A DNA stretch of 63,897 nucleotides, counting the filler, from Rozella allomycis CSF55 (taxonomy: Eukaryota): NCBI GenBank assembly GCA_000442015.1. It is 5 parts of 5 records of this genome, joined end to end, with 100 filler letters (N's around TTAATTAATTAA, not from the genome) between each part and the next. Parts side by side here need not be neighbours in the genome. Positions count along the whole stretch, not along the records: positions 55,718 to 62,760 come from KE561118.1; positions 62,861 to 63,897 come from KE561183.1; 3 more parts are not named here. One strand, given 5' to 3'. Positions within the stretch are counted from its first letter, which is position 1; every line of letters starts with the position of its first letter. Of this stretch, positions 61,798 to 63,897 are shown in pieces. Under the pieces are notes generated by a model, which ran no database searches, was not told the DNA's origin, and saw only the letters and a program-made list of their open reading frames with translations. Both the position numbers and the translations under genes were made by a program.

Positions 61798-62760
61798 GAT
61801 TTCGAGTACGAAGAAGACGACGACAAGGACGAGGGCGGAAATGTTGATTTAGAGAATCAATACTATAATTCCAAGGCACTCAAGGAAGATGATCCGAAAC
61901 TGGCTTTGCAATCTTTTCAAAAGATTATTGATTGTGATGAGGCAAAAGGAGAATGGTAAATAGTTGCCGTTTTTATTAGAAGGGGCTTTAAAGCTTTGAA
62001 ACAGGTCATAAAGCTTTCATGCAAAAGCAAACAATATGAGAGGATTGTTTCTTTGTACACTTTATTGCTAAGTTACGCTAATGCTGTGACTAGAAATGTG
62101 GCAGAAAAGGGTATCAATACTGTGCTAGATGTTTTGTCAAGTACTTCTGAATTGAAATTGATGGAACAATGCTATGANCTTTCATGCAAAAGCAAAGAAT
62201 ATGAGAGGATTGTTTCTTTGTACACTTTATTGCTAAGTTACGCTGATGCTGTGACTAGAAATGTGGCAGAAAAGGGTATCAATACTGTGCTAGATGTTTT
62301 GTCAAGTACTTCTGAATTGAAATTGATGGAACAATGCTATGAAATAACGTTGAAGTATTTAGAAAAGATGAATAATGAGGTAAGCGGCAAGTGGTTTCAT
62401 GACAGAGGCTGTGGTTCAAAACAAATACCAAACTAGCAAAATTGTTGCTTGATCGTAAAGAGTTGAACAAAGTGTCGAGAGTAAATATTATAGATACGAA
62501 TAACAGATTGTGAAAGCATTAAGAAGTGCATGTAAAGATAGCCAGGGTATTGACGATCATCAAAGAAAGGGAACACAATGGATGGAAATTTATGCACTGG
62601 AAACCCAATTATATTCGGAGACTAAGAATTATAAAAAATTAAAACAAGTTTATGATGATTTCCTTAAAATAAAGAGTGCCATTCCCCATCCACGTATCGT
62701 TGGTATTATTCGTGAGTGTGGAGGCAAAATGCATATGAAGATGGGCAACTATGAAGAAGC
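61798..62760 (+). CDS. CSN2: COP9 signalosome subunit 2, partial
   Basis: [34 protein letters not shown] and [21 protein letters not shown]. Duplication at n 62178. Confidence 0.95.
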
Positions 62761-62860
62761 NNNNNNNNNNNNNNNNNNNNNNNNNNNNNNNNNNNNNNNN
62801 NNNNTTAATTAATTAANNNNNNNNNNNNNNNNNNNNNNNNNNNNNNNNNNNNNNNNNNNN
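62761..62860. other. Artificial scaffold linker
   Basis: N44-TTAATTAATTAA-N44. Confidence 0.98.
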
Positions 62861-63552
62861 ACATCAAATAGAAAATGCAAATCTTCAACATCGCGGTAAG
62901 GAATTAATAGGGGCATACGGCCAGTTTTGGTAAGAATATTATTAACACCTTGTCCCGTCAACCCATCGTTTTCATATATCGGATACTCCACTTCATATAG
63001 TAAATTTATCAACCATCGGACAAGTGCCATACAGTGTTCAATCGATGGAAACACAATATCTGGATAAATTAGATGCAAACTAAATTTTTCCGGGCTGCAT
63101 GCATTTAGAACAATTACATTTTCTGCGATTCGTTCTGCGCCAAGAATTCCCATTGACTTTAATATTTCCGCAAGGTACCAGTTAAGGCTACTTACAACAT
63201 TATCCGCCGTCACAAGGTCTCTGAATGCATCATTTACAGAATCGTATACACAGTCAATGTCAAGGTAGAACTTTACAGGACATCCTTTGCGAATTATTTC
63301 GTAGCAAGTCTTATTATCTGCGCTCAAGGAAGAATAATAATTGTAAAACGTGTCTAAATTTGTTGCACCAAATTTGCGAGCCCCAGACGAGTTCACCTCC
63401 CTGCCGACTATCAAAGCGTCATCCAGTATTTCCATGGCACTTTTTAAGCATGTTTTGAGACTTCCCTGCCACGTAATGTCAGCCCGTAACTTCTTTAATT
63501 GAAAAAGCTCAATAGCGGATGGTTTGACGAGAGGTCTTTTTGAGTTAGACAT
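62861..63552 (-). CDS. PrimPol-like archaeo-eukaryotic primase-polymerase, 3' truncated
   Basis: GARKF, CYEII, PVKFYLDID (motif I), KFSLHLI (motif II), and FLFD (start of motif III) at the contig end. Confidence 0.85.
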
Positions 63553-63671
63553 TAAAATATTCCGATGTATTAACGGCTACTTTTATGTTTGATCGGTAAT
63601 TTTATTATTGGTCCCAAGACATTCTTCGGCTGCTCTTAAAACTTCTATTTTTACAATATCTCCGACTGCCC

Positions 63672-63897
63672 ATGGGTAATAGAGGCCGACATTTTGTGAT
63701 AAGACTCTCTTATACCTCTAGCGATCAATCCATTGACGACCTTTACACTGCAATACAAGAGGCTACAATGGCGCGGGATCGCGATACACATAATTCCATC
63801 TTGGATCTAGAAGCTTCTGCTACTACGCGTCGACACGACACTATGCAACTATGCATGTTGGGCACCCTCACAGACGAGAATAATCCAAGCATTTTTT
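63672..63897 (+). CDS. Unknown ORF divergent from PrimPol, runs off window
   Basis: ATG at 63672 followed by 75 open codons (MGNRGRHFVIRLSY...IQAFF) to the window end. Confidence 0.4.
   Translation, partial: MGNRGRHFVIRLSYTSSDQSIDDLYTAIQEATMARDRDTHNSILDLEASATTRRHDTMQLCMLGTLTDENNPSIF

Overview
AT-rich, very gene-dense eukaryotic draft assembly. Introns are tiny (about 24-33 nt). The gene content (chitin deacetylase, mitochondrial MDH, Arp2/3, COP9, CABLES, LEKR1, Tudor-SN) points to an early-diverging zoosporic fungus or relative; a Rozella-like cryptomycete is my inference. The window is not one locus: four 100-bp N44-TTAATTAATTAA-N44 linkers join separate scaffolds, and many single-n junctions separate overlapping, slightly divergent copies. 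Bases 1-46.5 kb hold about 30 housekeeping and orphan secreted-protein genes. Bases 46.6-58.7 kb are mostly mobile-element debris: Ty3/Gypsy, pogo, an RLE non-LTR fragment, a tRNA-derived element and an orphan kinesin exon. The end carries SND1, CSN2 and a PrimPol-like gene. Most notable: (1) three tiny introns that apparently end in TG rather than AG (two in kynureninase, one in a pogo transposase); (2) a probable 2-nt microexon in CABLES; (3) an ACU-type ATPase with PDGL in place of PEGL; (4) an MLH3 with an eroded ATPase domain; (5) duplicated secreted-protein copies differing largely by amino-acid changes; (6) an intronless DxD PrimPol head-to-head with an unknown ORF. Gene identities come from motif recognition only; no database searches were run.
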